Part shown: piece by piece, positions 50,075 to 58,306 of the stretch
How positions within the stretch are numbered: position 1 is the first letter of the stretch
Layout of the letters: each line of letters starts with the position of its first letter
Source: Gammaproteobacteria bacterium
Lineage (GTDB): Bacteria > Pseudomonadota > Gammaproteobacteria > Eutrophobiales > Eutrophobiaceae
Assembly (NCBI GenBank): GCA_047620145.1
Contig: JBLHKO010000004.1
Span: 1 to 58,306, forward strand
Length of the DNA stretch: 58,306 bases
Direction: 5' to 3'
Position numbers and translations under genes: made by a program
The notes under the pieces: model-generated
Database searches by the model: none
The model's input: the letters and a program-made list of their open reading frames with translations, nothing else
What the model was told of the DNA's origin: nothing

Positions 50075-52486
50075 CTAGTGTGGCCTGATTGTATCTTTGC
50101 CTGACTCTGAACTTACTTCATCAGATTTGATCAGCCCACCTGATTTATCATTTTCAGAGAGCATCTTAGGCATGCTTTTTAATGCGACCTCGAATATTTC
50201 ATCGATCCATTTTACGGGCCGAATGTCTAGTTTCTCTTTTATGTTATCTGGAATCTCTCTCAAGTCTCTTTCATTCTCTTTTGGGATAAGCACAATTTTA
50301 ATCCCACCACGTAACGCGGCTAACAATTTTTCTTTGAGGCCACCAATCGGTAAAATCTCACCACGTAAAGTTATCTCACCCGTCATGGCGACATTCGCTC
50401 TGACCGGAATACCTGTCAAAGCAGAGACGATTGAAACACACATTGCCCCACCTGCACTTGGGCCATCTTTTGGTGTTGCTCCTTCAGGGACATGTATATG
50501 AAAATCATGTTCTTTATAGAAATCAGCTTTGATCCCCAGCATATCACTGCGGCTCCTGACTACTGTCATTGCCGCTTCTATTGATTCTTGCATGACATCA
50601 CCCAACTGCCCGGTTCTCGTCGCCTTGCCTTTGCCAGGAACAATGGCCGTCTCTATCGTCAGCAGCTCTCCGCCCACCTCTGTCCATGCCAATCCAGTCA
50701 CTTGCCCAATTCTGTCTTCTTCCTCAGCCAATCCAAAGCGAAAGCGCTGAACACCGATTAAGTCCTCAAGCCCTTCAGGAACAACATCAATACATTCAAT
50801 TGATGGATCATCTAATATTTTCTTAACTACCTTGCGACAAATATTTGCAATTTCTCTATCCAGACTTCTCACACCGGCTTCACGCGAATAATAGCGAATG
50901 ATGTCACGAATCGTATTTTCTTCTATTTTGATCTCTCCATCTTTTAGTCCATTTTTCTCCAATTGCTTGGGGACTAAATACTTAATGGCGATGTTTATTT
51001 TTTCATCCTCTGTGTAACCAGAGATACGGATGATTTCCATTCGGTCAAGCAGTGGACCGGGAATATTCAGACTATTTGCTGTTGTCACAAACATAACATC
51101 AGAAAGATCATAGTCGACTTCGAGATAGTGATCGGCAAAGGTATGGTTCTGTTCGGGATCAAGTACTTCTAGTAATGCAGAAGCAGGATCACCTCGGAAG
51201 TCCATTGCCATTTTATCGATTTCGTCAAATAAAAAGAGCGGGTTCTTCTTTTCAATCTTGGCCATACTCTGAATTATTTTTCCAGGCATGGAGCCGATAT
51301 ATGTTCTTCTGTGCCCACGAATTTCAGCCTCATCGCGTACGCCACCCAGTGACATACGACAGAATTTTCTATTGGTTGCACGGGCAATTGATTTCCCGAG
51401 TGAAGTTTTACCGACGCCAGGCGGACCTACCAGACACAAAATAGGGCCTTTCATCTTACGCACTCGGTTTTGTACTGCCAGGTATTCGAGAATTCTTTCC
51501 TTAACTTTCTCCAGGCCGTAATGATCTTCATCTAGGATTTGTTTAGCTTTGGCCAAATCCCGACTGATCTTGCTACGACTCTTCCAGGGAACACTCACCA
51601 ACCAGTCTATATAATTTCTAACAACAGTTGCCTCAGCTGACATCGGCGACATCATCTTCAGTTTATTAAGTTCAGAAACCGCTTTCGCTTTTGCTTCCTT
51701 GGGCATCCCCAATGTTTCAATTTTTTTGGCAAGATCCTCGATCTCATTCGGCGCATCTTCCATCTCGCCTAATTCTTTCTGAATTGCCTTCATTTGCTCA
51801 TTCAGATAATACTCACGTTGGCTCTTTTCCATCTGCGATTTAACGCGTCCACGGATACGTTTTTCTACATGCATCAGATCAATTTCTGATTCCATTAGTC
51901 CAAGAATACATTCCAGTCTTTCTTCGATACAGAGCATCTCCAGAATATTCTGTTTTTCTTCCATTTTTATCGACATATGTGCTGCCATGGTGTCAGCCAA
52001 TCGACTGATATCATCAATCCCTGAAAGGGAGGTAATGACTTCAGGTGGAATTTTATTATTCAGCTTCACGTACTGCTCAAACTGATTCACAACAGATCGA
52101 CTTAATACTTCCAGTTCCTGCTCATCGCTACTCACAGATTCAAGTCTGGAAGCAGTGATCGAAAAACCACTATCTGTCTCAACAAATGACTCAACACTGG
52201 CACGATCTGATCCCTCGACCAATACTTTTATGGTGCCATCAGGGAGTTTTAGTAACTGTAATATGTTGGCGATAGTACCTACAGAGTAGATATCATCGAT
52301 GGATGGATCGTCATCCGCCGCGCTTTTTTGTGCAATCAGCAATATCTTCTTGTTCCCTTCCATGGCTTCGTCCAATGCCTTGACAGATTTTTCTCTGCCA
52401 ACAAACAATGGAATCACCATATGCGGATAGACCACGACGTCTCTTAAAGGTAAGGCGGGGTAAATATTATCTTCTTTTTTACTCAT
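50075..52486 (-). CDS. lon: ATP-dependent protease La
   Basis: LPLRDVVVYP, GPPGVGKTS, PKDGPSAG catalytic Ser, IGGLKEK. Confidence 0.98.
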   Translation of the reverse strand: MSKKEDNIYPALPLRDVVVYPHMVIPLFVGREKSVKALDEAMEGNKKILLIAQKSAADDDPSIDDIYSVGTIANILQLLKLPDGTIKVLVEGSDRASVESFVETDSGFSITASRLESVSSDEQELEVLSRSVVNQFEQYVKLNNKIPPEVITSLSGIDDISRLADTMAAHMSIKMEEKQNILEMLCIEERLECILGLMESEIDLMHVEKRIRGRVKSQMEKSQREYYLNEQMKAIQKELGEMEDAPNEIEDLAKKIETLGMPKEAKAKAVSELNKLKMMSPMSAEATVVRNYIDWLVSVPWKSRSKISRDLAKAKQILDEDHYGLEKVKERILEYLAVQNRVRKMKGPILCLVGPPGVGKTSLGKSIARATNRKFCRMSLGGVRDEAEIRGHRRTYIGSMPGKIIQSMAKIEKKNPLFLFDEIDKMAMDFRGDPASALLEVLDPEQNHTFADHYLEVDYDLSDVMFVTTANSLNIPGPLLDRMEIIRISGYTEDEKINIAIKYLVPKQLEKNGLKDGEIKIEENTIRDIIRYYSREAGVRSLDREIANICRKVVKKILDDPSIECIDVVPEGLEDLIGVQRFRFGLAEEEDRIGQVTGLAWTEVGGELLTIETAIVPGKGKATRTGQLGDVMQESIEAAMTVVRSRSDMLGIKADFYKEHDFHIHVPEGATPKDGPSAGGAMCVSIVSALTGIPVRANVAMTGEITLRGEILPIGGLKEKLLAALRGGIKIVLIPKENERDLREIPDNIKEKLDIRPVKWIDEIFEVALKSMPKMLSENDKSGGLIKSDEVSSESGKDTIRPH

Positions 52487-52552
52487 TATCAGTCGGTTCT
52501 TCCTGCGGATGTTATGGTTATTCTGATTTGTCTCATGCCTAGTCTAGAAACT

Positions 52553-52580
52553 ATATGTGGACACATGTGCTGGTTTCAAG
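52553..52580 (-). promoter_or_regulatory. Sigma32 (RpoH)-type promoter upstream of lon
   Basis: CTTGAA-N14-CCACATAT, close to the CTTGAA-N13-17-CCCCATNT consensus. Confidence 0.7.
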
Positions 52581-52654
52581 GGCATGGATCACAATACTTG
52601 AATTAAGTACTCACCCCCGACAAGTTTAATCTGAAATTAATTCAGGTGAACAAG

Positions 52655-53947
52655 TTACTCTGCGGCAGCTGAAGCCAGCTCTTCCATCTCCGAACCGTTA
52701 TAAATCATCAGCGGTTTAGATTCGCCATTAATCACCGCCTCATCAATCACCACTTTTGAAATAGTGTCATTTGAAGGCAAATCATACATGGTATCAAGCA
52801 GGACATTCTCCATAATCGAACGCAAACCACGTGCCCCGGTTTTTCTCACCATAGTCTTGCGGGCGATAGCTCGCAAAGCGTCTTCACGGAATTCAATCTC
52901 ACAGCCTTCCATCTCAAACATTTTTGCATATTGTTTGGTGATTGCGTGTTTTGGTTCAACCAGAATTTGCACCAGTTGTTCTTCGTTCAATTCATCAAGT
53001 GTGGCTGCAACAGGCAGGCGACCCACAAACTCCGGGATCAAACCAAATTGAATCAGATCTTCTGGTTCGACACTCTGCAATAATTCACTAACGCTTTTCT
53101 TATCATCTTTACTCTTGACCTCTGCAGAGAAACCAATGCCACCCTTCTCAGAGCGTTCGCGAATGATTTTATCGAGTCCGGCAAATGCGCCACCACAAAT
53201 AAACAGTATGTTAGCGGTATTTACTTGCAGAAATTCCTGTTGTGGGTGTTTACGTCCGCCTTGAGGCGGCACCGAAGCCACCGTGCCTTCGATGAGTTTC
53301 AATAATGCTTGTTGCACACCTTCCCCGGAGACGTCACGGGTAATGGAAGGATTATCAGATTTACGTGAAATCTTATCGATTTCATCAATATAAACGATGC
53401 CATTTTGAGCTTTATCAACATCATAATCACATTTTTGCAGCAACTTCTGGATAATGTTCTCAACATCTTCGCCGACATAACCCGCCTCAGTCAACGTTGT
53501 TGCATCTGCAATGGCGAAAGGAACATTGAGTAGTCGAGCCAATGTCTCAGCAAGTAACGTTTTGCCACTGCCTGTGGGACCAATCAGTAAGACATTACTT
53601 TTGGCAAGCTCAACATCAGATTTCCTGACGGCTTCTTGTTCCAGTCTCTTATAATGGTTGTAGACCGCTACCGAGAGAATTTTCTTGGCTTGTTCCTGAC
53701 CGATAACGTACTCATCAAGAATGGCGTTGATATCGTGAGGCGTCGGTAATGCATTTCCACTACCGGCAACCGGTTTTTCCTGAATTTCTTCACGTATGAT
53801 TTCATTACAAAGCTCTACACACTCATCACAGATAAAAACTGATGGCCCCGCTATAAGCTTACGAACCTCATGCTGGCTTTTGCCACAAAATGAGCAATAC
53901 AGGAGGCGATCACTATCGTTATTGCTACCCTGTTTGTCGTCACTCAT
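52655..53947 (-). CDS. clpX: ATP-dependent Clp protease ATP-binding subunit
   Basis: CSFCGK zinc domain, [29 protein letters not shown]. Confidence 0.98.
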   Translation of the reverse strand: MSDDKQGSNNDSDRLLYCSFCGKSQHEVRKLIAGPSVFICDECVELCNEIIREEIQEKPVAGSGNALPTPHDINAILDEYVIGQEQAKKILSVAVYNHYKRLEQEAVRKSDVELAKSNVLLIGPTGSGKTLLAETLARLLNVPFAIADATTLTEAGYVGEDVENIIQKLLQKCDYDVDKAQNGIVYIDEIDKISRKSDNPSITRDVSGEGVQQALLKLIEGTVASVPPQGGRKHPQQEFLQVNTANILFICGGAFAGLDKIIRERSEKGGIGFSAEVKSKDDKKSVSELLQSVEPEDLIQFGLIPEFVGRLPVAATLDELNEEQLVQILVEPKHAITKQYAKMFEMEGCEIEFREDALRAIARKTMVRKTGARGLRSIMENVLLDTMYDLPSNDTISKVVIDEAVINGESKPLMIYNGSEMEELASAAAE

Positions 53948-54028
53948 AAAAACACCTCGATTTCAGTCAATTAGCATCATTTACAACCAGTTACTACAGA
54001 ACGTTATCTGCACATTCTACACAAATTT

Positions 54029-54661
54029 TTAGGTAGACTCTTCCCCAGCAAGCACTTTTCTCTCGGATAAGACCTCATCAATCAATCCATACTCTTTTGC
54101 TTCATCAGCACTTTTGAAATTATCTCGTTCGGTATCCTGTTGAATCGTCTCCATTGACTGTCCTGTATGCTTCGCAAGAATCATATTAAGCTTTTCTCTC
54201 GCCTTCAGAATTTCACGCGCATGAATATCAAAATCTGTGGCCTGACCTTGAAAACCACCCAAAGGCTGGTGAATCATTACTCTGGAATGCGGTAAACAAT
54301 ACCTCTTGCCCTTGGCACCACCTGCAAGCAATAGAGAACCCATACTCGCAGCCTGTCCTACGCACATGGTACTGACGTCAGGTTTAATGAACTGCATGGT
54401 GTCGTAAATACCCAAACCTGCGGAGACAGAACCGCCAGGGGAGTTGATATAAAGATGGATATCCTTGTCAGGATTCTCAGATTCCAGAAACAAGAACTGG
54501 GCAATAATTACATTCGCAACATGATCCTCAACAGGCCCTACCAGAAAAACAACTCTTTCTTTTAGTAGACGGGAGTAAATATCATAGGAGCGCTCGCCTC
54601 TTGGGGTCTGTTCAACCACCATAGGGACAAGATTTAGAGACTGTATATCGTTGTTTTTCAT
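54029..54661 (-). CDS. clpP: ATP-dependent Clp protease proteolytic subunit
   Basis: [33 protein letters not shown]. Confidence 0.98.
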   Translation of the reverse strand: MKNNDIQSLNLVPMVVEQTPRGERSYDIYSRLLKERVVFLVGPVEDHVANVIIAQFLFLESENPDKDIHLYINSPGGSVSAGLGIYDTMQFIKPDVSTMCVGQAASMGSLLLAGGAKGKRYCLPHSRVMIHQPLGGFQGQATDFDIHAREILKAREKLNMILAKHTGQSMETIQQDTERDNFKSADEAKEYGLIDEVLSERKVLAGEEST

Positions 54662-54715
54662 AAATATTTTTATCTTTATTCTTTTATAATAGTTTCAAGC
54701 AGATTTAGTCTGCCT

Positions 54716-56014
54716 TTAATTCATTAATGCGTCAAACGCCAATTCCGTTTCGTTGACCTTGGCTTTATCTACAATCCAGGTAATCACTTCCTCCTCAAGA
54801 GCCAAAGCCTCTACCTCTGCCAGCCGATTCTTATCCGAGTAATACCAGTTAACCACCTCTGAAGTGTCTTCATAACCTTCCGCCGCTTTTTCAATCATGG
54901 TTCGAACTTTTGACGGATCGGCCTTAATTCCATTCTCTTTTATAATGTCAGCAACCAACAATTGCAAAGTGACTCTTTTCTCAGCTTGGGCACTATACAT
55001 AGATGGATCGCCTTCAGGGATGACACTTTCTTGAACTCCCTGTTGCAGCAATTTTGATTTGAATTGTTCATGCAACCGCGCAATTTCATTGGTGACCAAT
55101 GTTGAAGGCAAATCAATCTTATTTGCCTCGTAGAGTTGTTGCATAACGGATTCTTTCACTTTGGCGAGTGACTTCTGTTCAGACTCACGCACCATATTTT
55201 TGCGTACTTCTGCTCTGAATTCTTCCAGACTGCCGTCAGTCAGACCCATAATCGAGAAAAATTCGCTGTCCATCTCGGGTAAAACAGACTCATTAACGAC
55301 TTTGACATCCACTTCAAACTCAACATCTTTACCAGCAAGATCTTCGTTAGTATATTCCTCGGGAAACTTAAGCTTAAGGATTCTATTATCTCCGGCTTTG
55401 GCGCCCAACAAACCTTCTTCAAAACCTGCGATAAATCTTTTAGCACCCAATTCAAGGTCGATGTCTTTTGCATTACCGCCTGGAAATTCCTCTCCGTCAA
55501 TTCGACCGACAAAATCAATGACTACGGCATCACCATCAGCGGCCTCTCGTTCTACGGCTTTAAGTTTATGGTGTTGTTTACGCAACACTTCTATCATCTT
55601 ATCGACATCATCATCTGAGACCTTGCATACAGATTTTTCTATGGTGAGGTCTTCTATGGGAGATAACTTTATTTCAGGCATAACTTCTATTTTTGCCGTG
55701 AATACCAGGCCCTCAGTTTGATTAGCATCAAAATCTTCCAGCTCGGGTCTGCTAGCAGGCTGTAATTTTTCTTGTATAATCGCTTCAAACAAACTGTTTT
55801 GCAAAACTTCACCGACGACTTCCTGGCGAACCTTCGGCCCATATTGTTTTTCAACGACTTTCAGAGGCACCTTGCCTTGACGAAAACCCTTGATCCGCGT
55901 TGTCTTTACCATCGACGTCAATCTTTTCTGTACTTCGGTGGCAATCTTTTCTTCCGGCACTTCTACTTTTAAACGTCTTTCCAAAGGTCCGGTAGATTCA
56001 ACTGATACTTGCAT
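54716..56014 (-). CDS. tig: Trigger factor
   Basis: MQVSVESTGPLERRL, GFRQGKVP, FKBP domain (FIAGFEEGL). Start placed at 56014. Confidence 0.96.
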   Translation of the reverse strand: MQVSVESTGPLERRLKVEVPEEKIATEVQKRLTSMVKTTRIKGFRQGKVPLKVVEKQYGPKVRQEVVGEVLQNSLFEAIIQEKLQPASRPELEDFDANQTEGLVFTAKIEVMPEIKLSPIEDLTIEKSVCKVSDDDVDKMIEVLRKQHHKLKAVEREAADGDAVVIDFVGRIDGEEFPGGNAKDIDLELGAKRFIAGFEEGLLGAKAGDNRILKLKFPEEYTNEDLAGKDVEFEVDVKVVNESVLPEMDSEFFSIMGLTDGSLEEFRAEVRKNMVRESEQKSLAKVKESVMQQLYEANKIDLPSTLVTNEIARLHEQFKSKLLQQGVQESVIPEGDPSMYSAQAEKRVTLQLLVADIIKENGIKADPSKVRTMIEKAAEGYEDTSEVVNWYYSDKNRLAEVEALALEEEVITWIVDKAKVNETELAFDALMN

Positions 56015-56107
56015 TTTTGTTCCTCTAAACTTCCCAGGTAATCTTTCTAGGCTCAAATTACCTGAGATAATTTAAACTTGGTCTAAGTAAATAATATATG
56101 AATTTAA

Positions 56108-56192
<85 letters not shown>

Positions 56193-56443
56193 AAAGGGCA
56201 ATCGAAACAACATCTTCGTTATTAATGTCTGAGGATGAAGCGCGGCTATTATAAGGCTCGAACTATGCTTTGTAACCCCCAATCAAGATATTCATAGAGA
56301 TGATAGCCTGATCGGATAACTAATTGTTTTTCATAATGATAATAAGGACGAACATTAGGTAAAGAGGTCTTATAGAAAAAATAAAAAACGACGAAAGTCG
56401 TCAAATAACCGTTTAAGGACAGATTAAATTGTGTTGGTGAACT

Positions 56444-56818
56444 CTAGATGCACTCTTGTCCGAATGATTTACACATCCTACGACACTTTCGTTGTCCTGT
56501 TTTAGGGTTGATAATGCAATCTCGACCCCACTCATCACAAACAGTGACGCACTTCTTCTCTTTGTCCTGATCTTCACTTGCACCGGGAATAACTAAATCA
56601 CCTGCGCTAGGTTGCACAGCCAAACTTGACTCACTCTCATTTCCAGCGAGAACCTGATGTACCAATAGAGATTCATCAAGATCTGATATTCCTGACATTT
56701 CAAATCTTTGCGTCTCATGGATGCCATCCGTATCGGTCACAGCAACCACCGGCATAGTGCTAAGGATGGCGACACATAAAACTAGAAATTTTGGTAAGGT
56801 TTTCACAAAATAACTCAT
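56444..56818 (-). CDS. Secreted protein with acidic middle region and C-terminal six-Cys domain
   Basis: Signal-like MSYFVKTLPKFLVLCVAILSTMPVVA; C-terminus CVTVCDEWGRDC-x10-CRRMCKSFGQECI. Start moved from 56893. Confidence 0.7.
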   Translation of the reverse strand: MSYFVKTLPKFLVLCVAILSTMPVVAVTDTDGIHETQRFEMSGISDLDESLLVHQVLAGNESESSLAVQPSAGDLVIPGASEDQDKEKKCVTVCDEWGRDCIINPKTGQRKCRRMCKSFGQECI

Positions 56819-57021
56819 AATAGTTGAATAATTACCTACATAAATTGTCACAGACACATGTATGACTTGATGCTCATCTGATTGTTCCGACAACAGGACA
56901 TTTATATATGGTTTCCCCGGATAATGCCAGTAGACGATTCAACAACTTCAAAGCTTTTTCGGCTTTACAAACAAACGGCAAACTATCATTTATTTCGCAA
57001 AAACATGAAGTATCATGGCCT

Positions 57022-57660
57022 ATGATTAAGAAAGCCCAATGGAAAACCCTGTTACCAATTCTTGCTCTTTCGCTTGTGGTCACAGGAAATAGTGCCGCAA
57101 ACGACACTGAAGAAAAGATCATTTCTCCACAGCCAAATCAATTAAGTAAGAAAATTAAAGTTGTCGAGTATTTTTGGTATGGATGCTCACGCTGCTATTC
57201 ATTCGAACCTCACATTGAAAAATGGCTGACTGAAAAAGCAGATTATATCGATTTTGTGCGTATTCCCGGTGCGCTGGGGAAAAACTGGCTACCTCTTGCT
57301 CGGGCATATTATGTGGCAGAAAAACTGGACGTCGTAGATAAAATTCACCGACCACTCTACGATGCTATACACAAAGACAAAAGAAAATTTAATGATAAAA
57401 AAAGCTTAAGGGCATTCTTCGCAGAGCGCGGTATTGAAGGAGACAAATTTAACGAATTATATGATTCCAAGGAAATAGGCTTAGAACTCGAGTGGTCTAT
57501 TGCCTTTGGCCAAGAATATGGCATCAAAGGTGTCCCTGCTCTGATCGTACATGGTAAATACGGTATGGGAGCCAATGATCATGGGAGTTATAGCAAGACA
57601 TTTGAAGTGATCAACGAACTCGCAGCACAGGAATATGAAAGCTTAACGAATAATAATTAA
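57022..57660 (+). CDS. dsbA: DsbA-family thiol:disulfide oxidoreductase with atypical CSRC motif
   Basis: Signal peptide, VVEYFWYGCSRCYSFEP, LARAYY, LYDAIH, GVPALIVHGKY. Start moved to 57022. Confidence 0.85.
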   Translation: MIKKAQWKTLLPILALSLVVTGNSAANDTEEKIISPQPNQLSKKIKVVEYFWYGCSRCYSFEPHIEKWLTEKADYIDFVRIPGALGKNWLPLARAYYVAEKLDVVDKIHRPLYDAIHKDKRKFNDKKSLRAFFAERGIEGDKFNELYDSKEIGLELEWSIAFGQEYGIKGVPALIVHGKYGMGANDHGSYSKTFEVINELAAQEYESLTNNN

Positions 57661-57670
57661 ATGGTGGGCC

Positions 57671-57770
57671 AGTCGCTATCGGCATCCTCGGTTCTGGCTT
57701 CCTGCTTCACCCTACCTCCTACATCCATGCAGTCGTGCCTTTCGCGACACTCGCACGTCCTTGTACATCG
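57671..57770. repeat. Intergenic dispersed mini-element built of CATCC-loop hairpin modules
   Basis: 57687-57735 matches the intI insert at 38/49 nt; extra ggcatcc and acgtccttgt modules flank it. Confidence 0.65.
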
Positions 57771-57814
57771 TATTGGGTCGCACCCTATCCGGCAACTTAA
57801 CTAAAAGTATTGAT

Positions 57815-57861
57815 TGGTGGGCCGTATAGGGTTCGAACCTATGACCTTGGGATTAAGAGTC
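57815..57861 (-). other. 3' half of tRNA-Lys(CTT); att site of an integrated element
   Basis: Minus strand GACTCTTAATCCCAAGGTCATAGGTTCGAACCCTATACGGCCCACCA. tRNA similarity stops 2 nt 5' of the anticodon loop; D-arm and 5' acceptor strand are absent. Confidence 0.88.
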
Positions 57862-57974
57862 AGACGGTATAGTAAAAACAAGCCTCTCAGAGCATCACAT
57901 AATCACCTGCTATAAACCTCCATAAGTCCTATTAACACTAGATATTATCAAATCATCTGCTATATTTACTAACA

Positions 57975-58023
57975 ATAGGTAACAAATACAATCACCGCCA
58001 TTTGTTACCTATATGTTACCTAT
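57975..58023. promoter_or_regulatory. Three copies of TGTTACCTAT; probable integrase arm-binding sites
   Basis: Inverted copy 57975-57984, direct copies 58003-58012 and 58014-58023. Confidence 0.7.
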
Positions 58024-58036
58024 AGAGGAAATGGTC

Positions 58037-58306
58037 ATGAGCACATATCGCAAACCACTTACTATAAAGTCTATCGAGGCAATCAAACCACCTACAGTTG
58101 CAGGCCGACAAGATGAGTATTACGACACGAATCAAACTGGTCTTTCACTGAGGGTTGGTACAAGTGGAAAGAAAGTTTTCTATCAGCGTTATCGAGTTGG
58201 CAAGAAACAAGGGCGTATGAAGATAGGTACTTATCCCACTGAGAAAAGCCTCAAGGAAGCAAGAGAGGAAGGGAGTGAATATCTCAAGCAAGCATCCAAG
58301 GGAAAC
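58037..58306 (+). CDS. P4-like tyrosine integrase, N-terminal arm-binding domain (runs off the right edge)
   Basis: Manual translation MSTYRKPLTIKSIEAIKPP...YYDTNQTGLSLRVGTSGKKVFYQRYRVGKKQGRMKIGTYPTEKSLKEAREE, typical of the DUF4102/arm-DNA-binding domain; gagg SD. Confidence 0.85.
   Translation, partial: MSTYRKPLTIKSIEAIKPPTVAGRQDEYYDTNQTGLSLRVGTSGKKVFYQRYRVGKKQGRMKIGTYPTEKSLKEAREEGSEYLKQASKGN

Larger units (their letters stand above)
57815..58306. mobile_element. Left boundary of a tRNA-Lys-integrated element (prophage/genomic island)
   Basis: Displaced tRNA 3' fragment, arm repeats and integrase start; the rest lies outside the window. Confidence 0.8.

Noticed and set aside
57815-57861. 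Functional tRNA-Lys gene
   Set aside because: Only the 3' 47 nt are present; the anticodon stem cannot fully pair and the D-arm is missing.

Overview
A 58.3 kb chromosomal window from a gammaproteobacterium (inferred from gene order and protein style). The core backbone runs: pyrG (partial); rpsF-rpsR-DUF2232-rplI-dnaB-alr-radA; a peptide-type ABC transporter beside fabI, with a fadI-fadJ-fadD-thioesterase block inserted between its permeases and its ATPase; and tRNA-Leu-tig-clpP-clpX-lon-hupB-tRNA-Val-tRNA-Asp-ppiD. Accessory content includes: (i) an fhs + TPP-dependent E1alpha/E1beta + free lipoyl-domain operon with no E2/E3; (ii) a TetR-linked acyl-CoA synthetase-icmF-signal-less BtuF-like-hbd cluster; (iii) a chromosomal integron with intact intI, a recognisable attI, one intact attC, several eroded attC sites and a higBA-type TA pair; (iv) a frameshifted ClC gene; (v) a Cys-rich secreted protein divergent from an atypical DsbA; and (vi) at the right edge, the displaced 3' half of tRNA-Lys(CTT), arm-type repeats and the start of a tyrosine integrase, marking the boundary of an integrated element. 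The most unusual sequence-level signal is a 48-bp in-frame insert in intI that has a 38/49-nt identical second copy about 34 kb away, beside the tRNA-Lys att site. This suggests a coding-compatible dispersed mini-element. All annotations are by eye from motifs; no database searches were run.
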